NCBI RefSeq assembly: GCF_963921235.1
Contig: NC_086109.1
Location: 5,270,001-5,334,000, forward strand
DNA from: Mobula hypostoma
Lineage: Eukaryota
DNA: 64,000 nt
Reading direction: 5' to 3'
Part shown: positions 63,622-64,000 of the stretch, one piece after another
Numbering within the stretch: the first letter of the stretch is position 1
Layout of the letters: each line of letters starts with the position of its first letter
Made by a program: the position numbers and the translations under genes
The notes under the pieces: model-generated
The model's database searches: none
What the model saw: only the letters and a program-made list of their open reading frames with translations
What the model was told of the DNA's origin: nothing

Positions 63622-64000
63622 CTGGTAATGTTGACAGCAGAAAAGACGATCATCCAAAAAAGTTAAAGGGAACGTTAATGATAGGATTTCCTGTACCACC
63701 CAAGACCCAGGTTGTGTGATCTAGGACAGATCCCACTGCTGAGGTAAAAAAAAATAATAATACAGTCTCCGTATCTAACCAGAGTGGTAGATTCACTGCT
63801 GACTTCTGCCATCTCTACTCAGTACCGGGGCTATTGTGTGCGGACTCCAATCCAACCAGCTACCTGCAGGGTATGTTAGGATTAGTTCACCAACTGTGTC
63901 ATTTCCCCAATAAATTCTCAGTGGTCTGAGCTCTGCTGGAGATGCACTGTTCCTTTCCAGGGCCTACTTGTCTTCAGCCACTTTCAGGAAATTTTGCTCG

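Overview
Vertebrate genomic DNA, repeat-rich. The mix of CR1, Rex-Babar, Penelope-like and Tx1 LINEs, tRNA-SINEs, hAT MITEs and ERV fragments looks like a cartilaginous fish, probably a ray (inference only). The main content is invisible in the ORF track because it is spliced: a minus-strand tandem array (about 14-15 kb units) of small secreted vitamin K-dependent genes. Their layout is signal peptide - gamma-carboxylase propeptide - Gla domain - EGF - calcium-binding EGF - STOP. Internal exons are 161/25/114 nt, as I recall for coagulation factor VII/X, but there is no activation peptide or serine-protease domain. Copy C (39805-30055) is intact at 160 aa. Copy B (24742-15702, 150 aa) has lost its furin site and Gla omega loop in frame. 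Copy A (10435-4458) has four exons in view, and its last exon probably lies left of the window. A fourth copy of the promoter and signal exon (59710-59647) has no Gla exon; it sits next to a hybrid hAT MITE and may splice to unrelated phase-compatible exons. All four promoters carry an HNF1-type palindrome. A decayed ERV env/LTR was co-duplicated with the units, and a G-rich minisatellite holds two inverted copies of an upstream promoter segment. All gene models were read by eye and need RNA confirmation.
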